DNA of 18,661 nucleotides from a virus (Duplodnaviria; Heunggongvirae; Uroviricota; Caudoviricetes): IMG/VR virus record IMGVR_UViG_2541047899_000006, positions 1 to 18,661 of that record; one strand, 5' to 3'. Shown piece by piece: positions 17,901 to 18,661 of this stretch (position 1 is its first letter; each line of letters starts with the position of its first letter). The notes under the pieces were generated by a model. It saw only the letters and a program-made list of their open reading frames with translations, ran no database searches and was not told where the DNA came from. The position numbers and the translations under genes were made by a program.

Positions 17901-18062
17901 CTTTCGTGCACAATATCTTCTGCGGGGGCTGGCTCCTACGGTTCCACACCGAGTGCAGGAGCTACAGGGTACACTTTCCCGGGGCGTTATATGGCGCTAT
18001 CCGGGGTCAGGGACTCTTACGGAACAAGCGGTCGTATCTGTCTGTTTGTGCGCATCGAGTAA
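14934..18062 (+). CDS. Side tail fiber protein (Stf-like), 1042 aa, with internally repeated collar and distal modules
   Basis: N-terminus MSVVISGALIDGAGIPMSG...YDDSKPGTLNDFL matches the prophage side-tail-fiber N-terminal domain pattern. It is followed by an Ala/Gln/Glu-rich coiled-coil shaft, then two copies of the SPAxTGTPTTPTPPDD...ANAAFVRKLLAALVDSSPExLDTLNELAAALGNDP collar motif and three divergent copies of a module with GRLAxxGMxGFG...PGRYAV...IxW. Confidence 0.85.
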   Translation: MSVVISGALIDGAGIPMSGCHIILKSRVNTSEVVMRTVADVVTGNCGEYCFKAQTGKYCVYLKQDWRDEYCVGDIAVYDDSKPGTLNDFLTALDEGDLKPDVVKRFEELVAQAQQSAEAAAESERQAGQHVADAQQIKSDCETLADNVQQNAEAVAEDKKQVAQLASSATQDAARAEQAVKDADAIVQKAVDKLADAATLTGEAKASAEAAAKSEQNAKQHRDEAQRIVDDLKGGNASTTEKGLVQLCSDTDNDSEELAATPKAVKTVMDETKTKAPLDSPAFTGTPTTPTPPDDATGLETANAAFVRKLLAALVDSSPEALDTLNELAAALGNDPEFATTIMNALAGKQPLSDVLTAISNLEERADNLLCFNQDGNASLSPLSEKARLFLSQNTEEDMRAELGLKSAAAVDVQRTLYDAGEGCVALPGAFGYGMTNAGSTVLVASNMGTIARTAHNVHPGRYYTFSTQTEETTGVTEIIWLDNNWGDKTSQTATKLVLFFGKDGRILMTVRGDNISAPVTWTNLTPQLGNAAQKDAQENIYDRTEGRLAIPGMFGFGKAFSSIDRTEFKTGADFLRWVKMAKPGRYAVYADTKAVIQGVLFSGVVEIIWPTPNDYPTDDKAYKVIIFYGINGHIYYNRYTGSGYLVGWENLKVDEASLRALIETRAPLKSPALTGTPTTPTPPDDAAGTEIANAAFVRKLLAALVDSSPETLDTLNELAAALGNDPNFATTVTKALAGKQPLNDVLTAVSQITPEENTLPYFSAEGRILLAQLSEKARALLALDTPEAMRTELELKAAATMEPQSDIRDRTPGRLALSGMYGFGQAFASTDALAFDGQADFAEWLKEATPGRYAVSIADSSTLLAGTTKFNGIIDVMWSPFDNDESDTTRKFKMLLCFNQYYEGEHSIHRLTYRWSGNNWNATVSPVIYDGDSLAFLLSRTAGSGSYFKYPAVGVPVLAVYRGTTSGDKEIKIGLGDVVPGSQLGGVNLSCTISSAGAGSYGSTPSAGATGYTFPGRYMALSGVRDSYGTSGRICLFVRIE
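15757..16170 (+). repeat. Intragenic direct repeat, copy 1 (collar plus linker of the side tail fiber)
   Basis: Highly similar at nucleotide level to 16933-17340. The two copies share identical runs, for example the 38-nt stretch ctggacacactgaacgagctggcagcggcgctgggcaa at 15897-15934 and 17070-17107. Copy spacing is 1176 nt, in frame. Confidence 0.8.
16933..17340 (+). repeat. Intragenic direct repeat, copy 2 (collar plus linker of the side tail fiber)
   Basis: See copy 1. The encoded peptides RAPLKSPALTGTPTTPTPPDDAAGTEIANAAFVRKLLAALVDSSPETLDTLNELAAALGNDPNFATT and KAPLDSPAFTGTPTTPTPPDDATGLETANAAFVRKLLAALVDSSPEALDTLNELAAALGNDPEFATT are nearly identical. Confidence 0.8.
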
Positions 18063-18076
18063 CGAGGAAATAAAAC

Positions 18077-18661
18077 ATGAAAATCAGAGCGGTAAAAGGC
18101 ATCAGAAACGCCCATTATCTCGAAAATGGTGCGGTTGACTGCGAGGTGCTATTTGAAGGTGAAACGGAATTCGTCCCGTATACCGCCATGCAGGACGATA
18201 GCGCCCCGACAGGCCAGCGCATCTGGGAAGAGTTACAGAGCGGCAAGTGGGGGGAAATCGCCCCATTCACCGTCACGCCTGAACTTATCGCAGCGGCAAA
18301 AGATGCCAAACGCCAGGAAATCGAAGCCTGGCGCACAGAACAGGAGGCGCAGCCGTTCACGTTCGAATGGAACGGTCGCACCTGGAATGCTGGCCCAGAC
18401 TCACTGGCCCGTCTCTATCCGGTGGTAATGGCTGCAAAATCTGATACGGCACGAACCGCCCTTGCGTGGGGCGACGCTGATAATCAACAGGTGAAACTGT
18501 CGATGCAGGAACTTGAAGAACTGGCGGCAGCAATGGCGCAGGCACAGGTCGATCGCAATGACGAGATTTATCAGCGTCAGCGGGAGATGAAGCAAGAGCT
18601 GAATAACCTGGAGGATTTGCATTCAATCAGGAAACTGGTCGTTAGCTCAGAAAAACCTTGA
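18077..18661 (+). CDS. Putative tail fiber assembly / chaperone-like protein (second fiber cassette)
   Basis: 194 aa, RBS GAGGA 8 nt upstream, immediately after the long fiber gene; stop TGA at 18659-18661, the last bases of the window. It lacks the IEWP end of classical Tfa. It resembles proteins I recall as a domain-of-unknown-function family encoded after tail fibers (unverified). Function inferred from position. Confidence 0.5.
   Translation: MKIRAVKGIRNAHYLENGAVDCEVLFEGETEFVPYTAMQDDSAPTGQRIWEELQSGKWGEIAPFTVTPELIAAAKDAKRQEIEAWRTEQEAQPFTFEWNGRTWNAGPDSLARLYPVVMAAKSDTARTALAWGDADNQQVKLSMQELEELAAAMAQAQVDRNDEIYQRQREMKQELNNLEDLHSIRKLVVSSEKP

Noticed and set aside
14934-18062. Diversity-generating retroelement targeting the tail fiber
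   Set aside because: No reverse transcriptase ORF and no non-coding template repeat are present. The repeats inside the fiber gene are in-frame coding duplications with ordinary divergence, not an adenine-specific variable/template pair.
13352-18661. Invertible tail-fiber switch (Mu G-segment / P1 C-segment type)
   Set aside because: Both fiber cassettes are on the same strand, I found no inverted crossover-site repeats flanking them, and there is no invertase gene in the window.
1-18661. Defence, anti-defence, toxin-antitoxin or other moron cargo inserted in the late operon
   Set aside because: Every gap between structural genes is 0-50 nt or an overlap. All ORFs with RBS support have structural-module sizes and positions, and there is no strand switch or promoter-terminator-bounded insert.

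Overview
This window is a contiguous, single-strand (+) late structural operon of a tailed-phage (most likely prophage) genome, with a mosaic architecture: an HK97-type head module joined to a Mu-like contractile tail module. In order: portal C-terminus (partial), prohead protease, major capsid protein, gp6-like connector, head-closure protein, two neck/tail-completion proteins, a small unlisted ORF, tail sheath, tail tube, a tail assembly chaperone with an apparent -1 frameshift extension, tape measure protein, DNA-circularization-like protein, four to five baseplate proteins, then two tandem tail-fiber plus chaperone cassettes. Genes are tightly packed, many with ATGA or TAATG stop-start overlaps, and all long minus-strand ORFs look like antisense artefacts. 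I see no integrase, invertase, reverse transcriptase, CRISPR array, toxin-antitoxin or recognisable defence or anti-defence cargo, so I do not find an undescribed system here. The points worth a second look are the frameshift site, a 53-codon ORF missing from the ORF track, a large in-frame direct repeat inside the long tail-fiber gene, the dual fiber cassettes and a hairpin pair after the capsid gene. All family assignments are from reading the translated sequences against remembered family patterns; no database search was run. Several ORF-track starts are GTG/TTG or lie upstream of a better ATG with a ribosome-binding site, and I adjusted those.
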